In this document: piece by piece, positions 7,990 to 16,606 of the stretch
How the letters are laid out: every line of letters begins with the position of its first letter
Numbering within the stretch: position 1 is the stretch's first letter
IMG/VR virus record: IMGVR_UViG_3300045988_171564
Origin: a virus
Strand: one strand, 5' to 3'
Length of the DNA stretch: 55,901 nt
Program-made: the position numbers and the translations under genes
Notes under the pieces: generated by a model
What the model was told of the DNA's origin: nothing
The model's input: only the letters and a program-made list of their open reading frames with translations
Databases searched by the model: none

Positions 7990-10833
7990 ATGTATCGCGT
8001 CGAAAGCCTGCCAATTAGCATCCCTATTGGGCGACAGGGCGAAAACCATGCGATGAAAATAGAGATAGACTGCTCCAGCTTTTTAGCGGAGTGGCCGCAA
8101 GCCACAATAACCGCCATGCTCAGACGCAGTGTTGCTGAAAACCCGTATATCCTTGTAACCAGCATAGACAGCAGCGGCATATTGACGTGGGAACCCACGG
8201 CGCACGATACCGGCATCGAAGGCGACGGCCAAATTGAAATACGCGCGGTAGAAAACGACGTGCTGGCAAAGTCCGTAACGGCTATCGTGTGCGTTGAACG
8301 CAGTCTTACTCCGCCTGAACCCGACACGCCTATTGATTGGGTTGAGAATATTAAAAGCGATATTGCGCAGTCCGTAACCAGCGCGGCAAACAGCGCAAGC
8401 GATGCGGCCAAAAGCGCCACGTCTGCGCAGGAAAGCGCCACGGCGGCGGCGGGCAGTGCGAGCGCGGCGCAGTCGTCCGCAAACGCGGCGGCGGGGAGCG
8501 CAAGTGCGGCGAGCAAGTCGGCCGCGAGCGCGGCAGCGTCGGCGGACGCGGCGAGCGGGTCGGCAAGCGCGGCGGCACAGTCGGCGGCGGAGGCAGATAC
8601 ATCGGCCAAAGCGTCAGCGGCGAGCGCGGCGGAGGCGGCGGGCACGCTGGATAGTGTCAAGGCGTCGGCGGACGCGGCGGCGGTTTCGGCGCGGGCGGCG
8701 GCTGAATCGGCAAGCGATGCGGCGGGGAGCGCGAGCGCCGCGAGCACATCGGCCACGGGCGCGGCAAAGAGTGCGACGGCGGCCAACACATCCGCACAGG
8801 CGGCGGCGGGATCGGCAGCGGCGGCGCAGTCGAGCGCAACAGCGGCGGCGGCGAGCAAAACGGGCGCGGAAAGTGCCGCGAATACCGCAAAGTCGGAGGC
8901 CGATAAAGCGACGGCGAGCGCGACGGCGGCGGACACGTCCGCACAGGCGGCGGCAGGGTCGGCAGAAGCGGCGGCTCAAAGCGCACAGGGCGCGGCGGAA
9001 GCGGCAAAGGCCGAGGCGGCAAAAATCATACAAGATGGCGCAATCGCGCGCACGTCCACGTGGAGCAGTCAAAAGATAGTAGACCAGCTACATCCGGAGG
9101 TAACGGCGAGCGGGAACCCAGCAGTCATCGAAAATGCGCTTGAGGGCTATCCGATGAGCATAAAAGCGAGCTGGGAGCCTAAGCAGGAAGGTAGTGGCAC
9201 ACCGTCGCCGGATAATGTGAGGCCGATAAAGGGGCGAGATAATGTAAAAATAACAGCCAACGGCACAGAGCACACCCTTGTCTTGCCAGATACTATCTAC
9301 GGCGGCGAGGTGGATGCGGTGACGGGGGCAGGGAATGCAGACATAAAAATAGCAACGGTGGACGGAAATAAAATTAAATTTACGATGAACGGACAATTTT
9401 GGCAACTGCCGCAAAACAGTGCCCCCAACATAGCAGCGATGAAGATGGTAAGCCATTTTCCGGTCAAACTATTTGCGATCAATACAAGATATGATTTTAT
9501 ATTTGTCTCTGCCGAAAAGATTAAAACATACTTTGCAACGATCGAAGAATTTAACGCATATTTATCGGCCCAATATGCCGCGGGAACGCCAATGCAGATA
9601 GCCTACAAGCTTGCCGCTCCGGAGAGCTTCGCGGCGACGGGCGGCGGCAGGATATACGCACTGGCGGGCACCAATAGCATCGTGACCGACGCGGACACTT
9701 TGAAGGTAAAGGCACGCGCGGCGCAGTCGGCCGCAGCGGCGGAGATTATCGACGATACAGTTATCGCGGAGGGTAAGGCGTGGTCGAGTAAGAATACGGT
9801 GGATAAGCTTTTGCCGATGCAGACTGTTACGGGCAATCCAGCAGTCATAGAGACGCTGGAGGGGTATCCCTTGGAGCTGAATGTAAGCTGGGGGCCTAAA
9901 CAAGAGGGCAGCGGCACACCGTCGCCGGATAATGTGAGGCCGATAAAAAGCGCTTTGAGCATATCAATACAAAGAAGCGGTATGAATATGCTTGACCCTG
10001 AAAAAATTCAAGCTAATACATATACCCCATATGGATTAAACGTAAAATACATCGGCAATTCGACGGTGGAAATAAAAGGAGTACTTAATACTGATCCTGG
10101 TGCTTTCGTAATAATGCGGCTAAAGGATAATGTTTTGTCAGGGCGGGGGCTTAAGTTTGCGGCGACAACCATAAGCACGCAAAAGTTAAAGTACAAGTTA
10201 TATGGACTTAGGACTAAAGACGAAGCCGAAATTGCTTTAGTAGGCGATGAAAATCAGTGGATACTAGGAACAAAAATTGATATGAAAATACAAATAGCTA
10301 TATATGCTCCTAAAGCATTTGTAGAAGCATATATACCGTATAGCGGCCAAAGCGTGGCGCTTACCCTACCACGCGCCGTATGCGGCGGTACAATCGCCCC
10401 AAGCACTGGTGCAGGCCAAGAGACATGGGGCTATATCGCCAGCTACGCAGGCGAGACCCTGCCGGGTAAGTGGATCAGCGACAGGGATGAGTATGCGGCA
10501 GGGGCTACTCCTACGATTGGCGCGCAGGTGGCGTACAAGCTGGCTACGCCCGTGCCTTTTACGGCCACGGGCGGGCAGACGGCGCTTGCGCTGGCTGGCA
10601 CAAACGTAGTCATAACCGACGCGGATACTGTGACCATAACCGCCCCCACGCCGCCCCAGACCACGGCGAGCGCGGCAGAAGCTCAGGCGGCAAAGCTGGA
10701 TTACGTCGCCATGATGGCAGACGTGGACGTGGACGACCTGACGGCGGTAGATGATGCAGGCGTGGATACTGGCATGATGGACATGCCGGCGGGCATAGAA
10801 GGGAGCGAGACGGATGGCAAGCAAAAGGTATGA
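7990..10833 (+). CDS. Tail fibre / receptor-binding protein with an Ala/Ser-rich repeat shaft and two tandem distal modules
   Basis: 947 aa. Long SAxSAxxA-type repeats span about 8380-9010. The block GNPAVIE..EGYP..SW.PKQEGSGTPSPDNVRPIK and the block AYKLA.P..F.ATGG...ALAGTN..ITDADT each occur twice. Confidence 0.8.
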   Translation: MYRVESLPISIPIGRQGENHAMKIEIDCSSFLAEWPQATITAMLRRSVAENPYILVTSIDSSGILTWEPTAHDTGIEGDGQIEIRAVENDVLAKSVTAIVCVERSLTPPEPDTPIDWVENIKSDIAQSVTSAANSASDAAKSATSAQESATAAAGSASAAQSSANAAAGSASAASKSAASAAASADAASGSASAAAQSAAEADTSAKASAASAAEAAGTLDSVKASADAAAVSARAAAESASDAAGSASAASTSATGAAKSATAANTSAQAAAGSAAAAQSSATAAAASKTGAESAANTAKSEADKATASATAADTSAQAAAGSAEAAAQSAQGAAEAAKAEAAKIIQDGAIARTSTWSSQKIVDQLHPEVTASGNPAVIENALEGYPMSIKASWEPKQEGSGTPSPDNVRPIKGRDNVKITANGTEHTLVLPDTIYGGEVDAVTGAGNADIKIATVDGNKIKFTMNGQFWQLPQNSAPNIAAMKMVSHFPVKLFAINTRYDFIFVSAEKIKTYFATIEEFNAYLSAQYAAGTPMQIAYKLAAPESFAATGGGRIYALAGTNSIVTDADTLKVKARAAQSAAAAEIIDDTVIAEGKAWSSKNTVDKLLPMQTVTGNPAVIETLEGYPLELNVSWGPKQEGSGTPSPDNVRPIKSALSISIQRSGMNMLDPEKIQANTYTPYGLNVKYIGNSTVEIKGVLNTDPGAFVIMRLKDNVLSGRGLKFAATTISTQKLKYKLYGLRTKDEAEIALVGDENQWILGTKIDMKIQIAIYAPKAFVEAYIPYSGQSVALTLPRAVCGGTIAPSTGAGQETWGYIASYAGETLPGKWISDRDEYAAGATPTIGAQVAYKLATPVPFTATGGQTALALAGTNVVITDADTVTITAPTPPQTTASAAEAQAAKLDYVAMMADVDVDDLTAVDDAGVDTGMMDMPAGIEGSETDGKQKV

Positions 10834-11191
10834 GCTGGTCAAGGAGTACTTTGAGAAGCGGCTTTGGACAAAAAAGATGCTCAAAAATGCCGTGGTCAAG
10901 GGATGGATCACGCAGGATGAGTATGACGAGATAGTAGGCGTGACGGGCGCGCCCGCTGAAGCGGACGGCAGCGGCGAGGCCGCGCCCGACTACGAGCAGA
11001 TGGCCGCCGATGTGCGTGCAAAGCGGGACGCGCTGCTGGCGGCAAGCGACTACACGCAGGCGACCGACTATCCATCCACATATGCCGCGCGTACCGCGTG
11101 GGCGGAGTATCGTCAGCAGCTTAGGGACGTGACCAAGCAATCGGGGTTTCCGGCGGATGTGGTGTGGCCGGTGCCGCCGAAGGAAAAGTAG
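10814..11191 (+). CDS. XkdX-like / tail-fibre-assembly-like protein
   Basis: N-term YELVKEYFEKRLWTKKMLKNAVVKGWITQDEYDEIVG is XkdX-like. C-term RDALLAASDYTQATDYP..WAEYRQQLRDV resembles tail-fibre assembly chaperone motifs. Confidence 0.55.
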   Translation: MASKRYELVKEYFEKRLWTKKMLKNAVVKGWITQDEYDEIVGVTGAPAEADGSGEAAPDYEQMAADVRAKRDALLAASDYTQATDYPSTYAARTAWAEYRQQLRDVTKQSGFPADVVWPVPPKEK

Positions 11192-11268
11192 GTGCACCAT
11201 GCGCGGCACGAGCAATCCGATACGCGCGCCGACCGACGATCGGCGCACAAAAGACATAAAAGGAGTGC

Positions 11269-12057
11269 ATGGATATGACTAAGATTGCGGCGAGCAACTT
11301 TGTGAAATGGCTGCAAAAGCAGCACGACGACAAGTGCGGGTACATCATGGGCACGAGCGGGCAAGCGCCCAAAGACCTGGGCAAAAATAGCTGGTACTTT
11401 ACTCAGTACCACGACCGCGGAGAATATACCGCGGCGCAAGAGGCTAAGGCGCTGTACTGGTATAACAATGCGCCGCGCGTCTTTGACTGCGCGGGCATGG
11501 CGGAGGGCGCGGTGGTCGAGATGCTGGGTCTGCCGCTCAAGGACGTCAATACTAAGGCGCGCTATATATATAGCGACTGGTGCGCAGGCGCGAACAGTAC
11601 CGACATGAGCAGGCTCCCGCGCGAGCCGGGCGTGGCGGTATTTAAGACCCGCTCCAAGCCGGGCGCAATCCACCATATCGGCTACCTCGAGCGCCCGGTG
11701 GTGGAGGGCGACACGGCGGGCGACTGGTACGTGATCGAGGCCAAGGGCGTTATGTACGGCGTGGTACGCACCCGCCTCAACAATGACAAAAACTGGAATT
11801 GCTGGGGCTATATGAAAAAATACTTTGACTACAAAAGCGCGCCGCCCCAGCCCGCGCCGGTCAAACCCGGCCAGATACGCATAACCGGTGGCAGCGTCAA
11901 CCTGCGCACGGGGCCGGGCACGGAGTACGACGTGGGCACCGTGGCACACTACGGCGATACCTACGACCGCGCAAAGACGGACGGCTGGACGCCGGTCAAG
12001 GTGGGCGATGAGGTGCTGTGGGTAAGCGATAAGTATACGGAGGTGGTCAAGATATGA
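11269..12057 (+). CDS. Endolysin: NlpC/P60-like cysteine peptidase with a C-terminal SH3b-like domain
   Basis: Candidate catalytic Cys in FDCAGM and His in HHIGYL. C-term IRITGGSVNLRTGPGTEYDVGTV..DGWTPVKVGDEVLWV is SH3b-like. Lies upstream of the holin gene. Confidence 0.75.
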   Translation: MDMTKIAASNFVKWLQKQHDDKCGYIMGTSGQAPKDLGKNSWYFTQYHDRGEYTAAQEAKALYWYNNAPRVFDCAGMAEGAVVEMLGLPLKDVNTKARYIYSDWCAGANSTDMSRLPREPGVAVFKTRSKPGAIHHIGYLERPVVEGDTAGDWYVIEAKGVMYGVVRTRLNNDKNWNCWGYMKKYFDYKSAPPQPAPVKPGQIRITGGSVNLRTGPGTEYDVGTVAHYGDTYDRAKTDGWTPVKVGDEVLWVSDKYTEVVKI

Positions 12058-12314
12058 CCGATACTATCATCGTAGCGCTTATAACCGGCGGCATAAGCCT
12101 GCTGGGCGTGATAGTGAGCAACGTCGCTACTCACCGCAAAACCATGGCACTAATCGAATATAAACTGCAGGAATTGCGAGGCGACGTGACTACACTAAGC
12201 CGCCGCGTTGATGAGCACAATCATTTGGTAGAGCGCATGGCTGCGGTCGAATCCAGCACTAAATCCGCACACCACAGGCTCGATACCCTTGAGCAAAATA
12301 TAAGGCACGACTAA
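12054..12314 (+). CDS. Lysis-cassette membrane protein (N-terminal TM segment plus coiled coil)
   Basis: TM segment IIVALITGGISLLGVIVSNV is followed by a heptad-like region. Sits between endolysin and holin. Confidence 0.5.
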   Translation: MTDTIIVALITGGISLLGVIVSNVATHRKTMALIEYKLQELRGDVTTLSRRVDEHNHLVERMAAVESSTKSAHHRLDTLEQNIRHD

Positions 12315-12333
12315 CCAAAAGGAGGATTTTGTA

Positions 12334-12681
12334 ATGCAATTCGATTTTACGGCGATTTTTCAGGCGATTCTGGCGCTGCTGGGCGCGATTATCACGTACT
12401 GGCTGGTGCCTTACGTCAAGTCCAAGGCGACCGCGCAGCAGCAGGCCAATGTAGCGATACTTGTGCGCACGGCGGTACAGGCGGCGGAGCAGCTCTACGG
12501 CGCGGGCATGGGCAAGGCCAAGCTGGACTATGCGCAGGCGTGGCTGAACGAGCGCGGCGTAAAGTACAGCCGCGCGGAAATTGAAGCAGCGGTTAGAGAC
12601 CTGAGCAATGATATTATAAGCGTGCTGGGCGCGGGGGACGAGGCGAGTAAGAGCGGCGGCGATAAGTCGGGAGGCGATTAA
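12334..12681 (+). CDS. Holin (LL-H / superfamily-6-like)
   Basis: N-terminal TM FTAIFQAILALLGAIITYWLVPYV, then AILVRTAVQAAEQLYG..GKAKLDYA, typical of LL-H type holins. Confidence 0.65.
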   Translation: MQFDFTAIFQAILALLGAIITYWLVPYVKSKATAQQQANVAILVRTAVQAAEQLYGAGMGKAKLDYAQAWLNERGVKYSRAEIEAAVRDLSNDIISVLGAGDEASKSGGDKSGGD

Positions 12682-12683
12682 CC

Positions 12684-12896
12684 ATGCCCGACGACCCGTT
12701 CAGCGGCATCAGCACAGAAGAAATGTACGAACGCATAAACGCCGCGAGACTGGGGCGGGTGAATACCCAGATTGCAAAAATGCGGCTTATAGACCGCGAA
12801 AAGTACGCGGACATAGGCGCGGCAGTCGGGTATGACCGAACGACTGTTGCGCGGCGAATGAACGGAATCATAAGGCAGCTATCATCGGGCGGTTAA
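12684..12896 (+). CDS. Small sigma-70 region-4-like HTH protein
   Basis: REKYADIGAAVGYDRTTVARRMNGIIRQL HTH. Last gene before a strong terminator. Confidence 0.5.
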   Translation: MPDDPFSGISTEEMYERINAARLGRVNTQIAKMRLIDREKYADIGAAVGYDRTTVARRMNGIIRQLSSGG

Positions 12897-12913
12897 GCCG
12901 CCCATATTTTCAA

Positions 12914-12952
12914 GGCCAACTTGTAAGAAATCCTTACAGGCTGGCCTTTTTT
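12914..12952 (+). terminator. Rho-independent terminator ending the structural/lysis operon
   Basis: GGCCAACTTGTAAG..CTTACAGGCTGGCC stem followed by a T run. Confidence 0.75.
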
Positions 12953-13052
12953 AATGCGCAAATTTTGCCCGCGAATGCAGCATGAACGCCCGCAAACGCC
13001 CCCGCCAAAATGCCGAATAAGCGATAATTACAGCAAGGGAGGGGAAAACGAT

Positions 13053-13496
13053 ATGGCATACGGATACGCTTACGGCAACCAGACGGTCACGCCCAACAGC
13101 TACTTCAACGCGAACTACACGCCGCCGCCACTGCCTATGAGCACGGCACAGCAGCAGCAAATCCAACCTCAGACCAACGTCAACTGGATATACGTAAACG
13201 GCATACAGGGCGCGCGGGATCATATCGTTCAGCCCGGCCAGACCGCGTGGATGATGGACAATAACGACCCCGTGATCTACGTAAAAGCCGTTGACATGAT
13301 GGGTTCTACCACATTCAAGGCGATGCTGCTTACCGACTATAACATTTCAAATTCCTCGCAAAATGTACAGCAAAGCGCCGTGGACACAAGCCAATTTGTC
13401 AAAACCGATGATTTTGACAAGTTAAGCGTGCGGATGGGCGAGCTTGAAAACCGCCTGAGTACGCTTGTAAATGAGATTGGAGGGCTGAATACATGA
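13053..13496 (+). CDS. Hypothetical protein (Q/P/Y-rich N-terminus plus globular C-domain)
   Basis: ATG 13053 follows GGGAGGGG. MAYGYAYGNQ..QQQQIQPQ then WIYVNGIQGARDHIVQPGQTAWMMDNNDPVIYVK. Confidence 0.6.
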   Translation: MAYGYAYGNQTVTPNSYFNANYTPPPLPMSTAQQQQIQPQTNVNWIYVNGIQGARDHIVQPGQTAWMMDNNDPVIYVKAVDMMGSTTFKAMLLTDYNISNSSQNVQQSAVDTSQFVKTDDFDKLSVRMGELENRLSTLVNEIGGLNT

Positions 13497-13711
13497 ACCC
13501 GCTCATAAGTATGATGGCAAAGCAGGCCAATGGCAACATGCCGCAAGCTCAGATGATGCGCCAGTTTGCGGAGTTTAAGAAACAATGGACACCTGAAAAA
13601 GCTCAGGCAAAGATTAACGAGATGCTTGAAAGCGGGCAGATAAACGCCCAGCAGCTTGAACAGGCCAAGCAAATGGCCCAGCAAATGCAGGGTCTTTTGG
13701 GCGGCAAATAA
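13493..13711 (+). CDS. Hypothetical small Gln/Met-rich protein
   Basis: SD GGAGGG. ATGA overlap with the upstream gene. 72 aa. Confidence 0.55.
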   Translation: MNPLISMMAKQANGNMPQAQMMRQFAEFKKQWTPEKAQAKINEMLESGQINAQQLEQAKQMAQQMQGLLGGK

Positions 13712-13780
13712 CATATCGCTACAACCGCCGGGTGCGCAACGGTGATTGTAAAATAAGCCTAAAAAACAGGAGGAAAAAGC

Positions 13781-14239
13781 ATGGATAACATGACCCCCGC
13801 CGACGTAATGGCTATGACGCGAAACGACGGAAACGACAGTTTCTTCGGCGCGAACGGCTTCTTCGGCATAATCGTACTGTTCTTCATATTCGCCATGTTT
13901 GGTGGCGGCAGTATTGGCGGCTGGGGCGGGAACAACGCGGCTGCACAGGGCGCGCTTACCCGCGCGGAGCTGGCTGACGGCTTCAACACCGCCGAAATCC
14001 AGCGCAACCAGAGTGACATTATACGCGACCAGTTTGGCCTTCAGCAGGAAATCATGAACAACCGCTTTGCGCTGGCCGACACGGCGAACGGCACTCAGCG
14101 TGAGATCATGCAGAACCGTTTCGAGAACCAGCAGATAGGCTGTAACACGCAGAAGGAAATCATGCAGAACCGCTACGATAACGCGCTGGCGATGCAGAAC
14201 CTTCAGGCGCAGATGGCCCAGTGCTTGAGAAGAATCGTT
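13781..14239 (+). CDS. Exon 1 of an intron-split membrane protein gene (3' boundary is a model)
   Basis: SD AGGAGG. TM FFGIIVLFFIFAMFGG, then repeated (Q/R)EIMQNR(F/Y) units. The ORF reads on into intron sequence and stops at 14296. Confidence 0.6.
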
Positions 14240-15534
14240 AATGCCATTCGACGGTTCTTTGCACACAAAGATGCAGTAGGCACTTGTGCGGCGTAAGTCG
14301 CACTGGCAACCGGGTGAATTGCTGGAAAGCTAAGTTCGCAGTTGACATTTTCTCACATTCGGCGTATATTACAGATTGCATTTCACGTCGAAGGAGAAAA
14401 GGTGATGTTTTACGTATATGAATGGTACGTCGTCAAAACCAATGAAGTGATATATGTTGGCAAAGGATGTGGCAACCGATATAAGGTGCGTAAGCATAAC
14501 ACCAAATTTGACGCTTTTATAAGCGCGGTTGAATGCAACAGTCGAATCGTAAAAACGTTCGACAATGAAGCAGATGTTTTTGAGTATGAAAAACTACGTA
14601 TAGAAGAGTTACATTCCTTAGGCCAATGTATATGCAACATTTTAGATGGTGGCTTTGGCGGTAGCATTAGCTGGTGGACGGATGAAATGAGAGAACGTTA
14701 TTCGGCTCATAACGTCATGAAAACGTCAATTCAGCGTAATCGCATGAAGACTAATAACCCAATGAGCAATGCGAGCGTTTCCGCAAAGGTTGGCGCTACA
14801 AAGCGAAAACCCTTGATGGTTGACACCGAACAATTTGATTGCCTTTCCGATGCGATCAAAGTTTACGGCAGCAAGGTTGGTTACTGGGTAAAAGTCGGAC
14901 ATACAGCCGATTTCAAGCCATGCTACTATCTGGCCAATGGCAAAAAGCATATTGCTGCAAAACATAGGAATTTAGGCGGCGCAAAGCGTGTCGTTTATAA
15001 CGGCAAAGTCTATGAATGTCAAAGGGATATTTGCCGTAAGTTTGGGTTCTCAGCTTCAACACTCAGCAAATATATCCATCGCGGCTATACTGACGATGGC
15101 ATTGAGTGCAGATTTGAATCCGCTCAACCTGTGCTGCAATACATGCCATATACCGGGGCACGCCCTGTCTTAATAGACGACATACTCTACCCAAGCATAA
15201 AGAATGCGTCCGAGCAGACGAATCTTTATGCGCAAGGAATCCAATACGCGTTGAAACATAGCGGCTTATATAAAGGCCACAAATGCGAATATGCCAATCA
15301 GCAGCCAAGCCTTGTGAAGTCTGATAAAAGTAGCAAGTAAGGTTCAACGACTAACGAGTGAGGACAGACACCAATAATCTCGACACGAGTTCCCGGCTCC
15401 CGTCAAGGGATGAAGATATAGTCTGAACTGTTGAGAAATTAACAGAAGCACAGGATAAAGAGCCTGCGCGATAACACAATGGCTGCGAAACTAAGACGGC
15501 CATACATGCCGAAGGCGAGGCCACGCGCTCGCTG
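14240..15534 (+). mobile_element. Group I intron with an internal GIY-YIG homing endonuclease ORF (boundaries approximate)
   Basis: Core elements: P-like AATTGCTGGAAAGC (14317-14330), Q-like AATCAGCAGCC (15296-15306), R-like GTTCAACGACTA (15342-15353), S-like AAGATATAGTC (15413-15423). Candidate P1 pairs exon AATCGTT (14233-14239) with GACGGTT (14250-14256). G at 15534 is the candidate omega-G. Confidence 0.8.
14405..15340 (+). CDS. GIY-YIG homing endonuclease (intron-encoded)
   Basis: ATG 14405 follows AAGGAGAAAAGG. N-term FYVYEWY..VIYVGKGCGNRYKVRKH..YEKLRIEEL fits the GIY-YIG motifs. C-terminal NUMOD/IENR-like repeats (VVYNGKVYECQRDICRKFGFSASTLSKYI; VLIDDILYPSIKNASEQT). Confidence 0.8.
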   Translation: MFYVYEWYVVKTNEVIYVGKGCGNRYKVRKHNTKFDAFISAVECNSRIVKTFDNEADVFEYEKLRIEELHSLGQCICNILDGGFGGSISWWTDEMRERYSAHNVMKTSIQRNRMKTNNPMSNASVSAKVGATKRKPLMVDTEQFDCLSDAIKVYGSKVGYWVKVGHTADFKPCYYLANGKKHIAAKHRNLGGAKRVVYNGKVYECQRDICRKFGFSASTLSKYIHRGYTDDGIECRFESAQPVLQYMPYTGARPVLIDDILYPSIKNASEQTNLYAQGIQYALKHSGLYKGHKCEYANQQPSLVKSDKSSK

Positions 15535-15726
15535 ATGCAGTCCAACACCATACAGGAACTGCGAGATCAGCTTCAGGCGGCACAGCTCCAGCTAGGCACT
15601 CTGTCTCAGACCAACACCATAATTGGCACGCTGCGCCCCACGCCCATACCGGCTTACATAACGTGTTCGCCCTATCAGAGCGAGCAGTATAACTGCGGCG
15701 CGTATGGCGGCTGCTGCGGCCGATAA
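15535..15726 (+). CDS. Exon 2 of the intron-split gene (5' boundary is a model; alternatives begin at 15532 or 15515)
   Basis: Open frame after stop 15502-15504. QSNTIQELRDQLQAAQLQLG continues the Gln-rich character of exon 1. Ends in LRPTPIPAYITCSPY..CGAYGGCCGR. Confidence 0.55.
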   Translation: MQSNTIQELRDQLQAAQLQLGTLSQTNTIIGTLRPTPIPAYITCSPYQSEQYNCGAYGGCCGR

Positions 15727-15764
15727 GCTCCCAAACACAATTGACATTCGCTATTAACAGCGCG

Positions 15765-15806
15765 ACGCCCGGCAGACATCAAGCGCTGTCGGGCGCTATC
15801 TTTTTT
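15765..15806 (+). terminator. Rho-independent terminator
   Basis: CGCCCGGCAG..CTGTCGGGCG stem followed by CTATCTTTTTT. Confidence 0.65.
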
Positions 15807-15826
15807 CAGAGAAAGGATTTTGCAGC

Positions 15827-16264
15827 ATGAGTAATAATAATTGCCGAAACAGGTATTATAAGTCGGCGCAGACCGCCTATAACAACACCGCCCAGGCTTA
15901 TGCGGCGGCGGCCACTCAGATCAATATCGAGGGCAATCTGGCAACCAACACGGGCTGCTCGATAGACACCCAGACCGGCGGCTTTAACATCAACGATACC
16001 GGCCTTTATCGGATAAGCTATGACGTAACGCATACGCCCAGCGCGGCGGGCGTGGCCATTGTGCAGCTATATGACGGCGCGGGCGCGCTTCCCTGCGCCA
16101 TATCGCAGGAAACCGTGGCGGCAGACAGCGTATATACCACGCATGTTGAAACCGTTTTGTACCTTGCGGCGTGCTGCGCGATGCGGCCTTCCATAAGCGC
16201 GCAGATAAGCGGCGTAGCGGGCACGATTAACCATGTGTGCGCAAGCGCGGTGAGGCTGGCATGA
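15827..16264 (+). CDS. Hypothetical protein, possibly a C1q/TNF-like (BclA C-terminal-like) jelly-roll
   Basis: 145 aa. GGFNINDTGLYRISYDVTHTPSAAGVAIVQLYDG pattern resembles C1q/BclA-CTD beta strands. The fold assignment is only an impression. Confidence 0.45.
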   Translation: MSNNNCRNRYYKSAQTAYNNTAQAYAAAATQINIEGNLATNTGCSIDTQTGGFNINDTGLYRISYDVTHTPSAAGVAIVQLYDGAGALPCAISQETVAADSVYTTHVETVLYLAACCAMRPSISAQISGVAGTINHVCASAVRLA

Positions 16265-16563
16265 ATACGCTAAAATGGCTGTCCGAAAGGCTGATGGGCA
16301 ACATAAGCGAGGCCAAAGAGTACATCGACAAGGCCTACATGTGCAAGGAATCCGATAAGCCCGTTGCCGATTGGTGCATGGCTATGGCCAACGGACATTT
16401 ACAGTTCAACGTGGCCGGACTGGCGCTGATGGACAAGGCGCTCAACGAATTTTCGGACGAATTGCTTGCACCGGGAGTTAAGGCGGTATACGCGCTTCAG
16501 CGCGCGGAGATCGTCAAGCAGACCTCACATGCGAGGGCGCTTATCGACATGTACGGGAAGTAA
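16261..16563 (+). CDS. Hypothetical helical protein
   Basis: ATGA overlap with the upstream stop suggests translational coupling. 100 aa. Confidence 0.5.
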   Translation: MNTLKWLSERLMGNISEAKEYIDKAYMCKESDKPVADWCMAMANGHLQFNVAGLALMDKALNEFSDELLAPGVKAVYALQRAEIVKQTSHARALIDMYGK

Positions 16564-16574
16564 AAATAAGGCAG

Positions 16575-16606
16575 GAGCGGACGCGACATGCGCCCGCTTT
16601 TTTTAT
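16575..16606 (+). terminator. Rho-independent terminator
   Basis: GAGCGGACGCG..GCGCCCGCT stem followed by TTTTTTT. Confidence 0.6.

Noticed and set aside
7860-9079. Long ORFs overlapping the tail fibre gene: 7860..8936 minus strand (358 aa, Ala-rich), 8402..9079 plus strand (Arg-rich), and several Pro/Arg-rich ORFs
   Set aside because: These are frame artefacts of the GC-rich GCN/GCG codon repeats of the fibre shaft. Their compositions are absurd (poly-Arg, poly-Ala), they have no SD, and the fibre frame has clear homology-type motifs and synteny.
11113-14266. Minus-strand ORFs 11113..11949 (278 aa) and 13337..14266 (309 aa)
   Set aside because: They are antisense to the endolysin gene and to three SD-preceded plus-strand genes. 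No start context or motif supports them.
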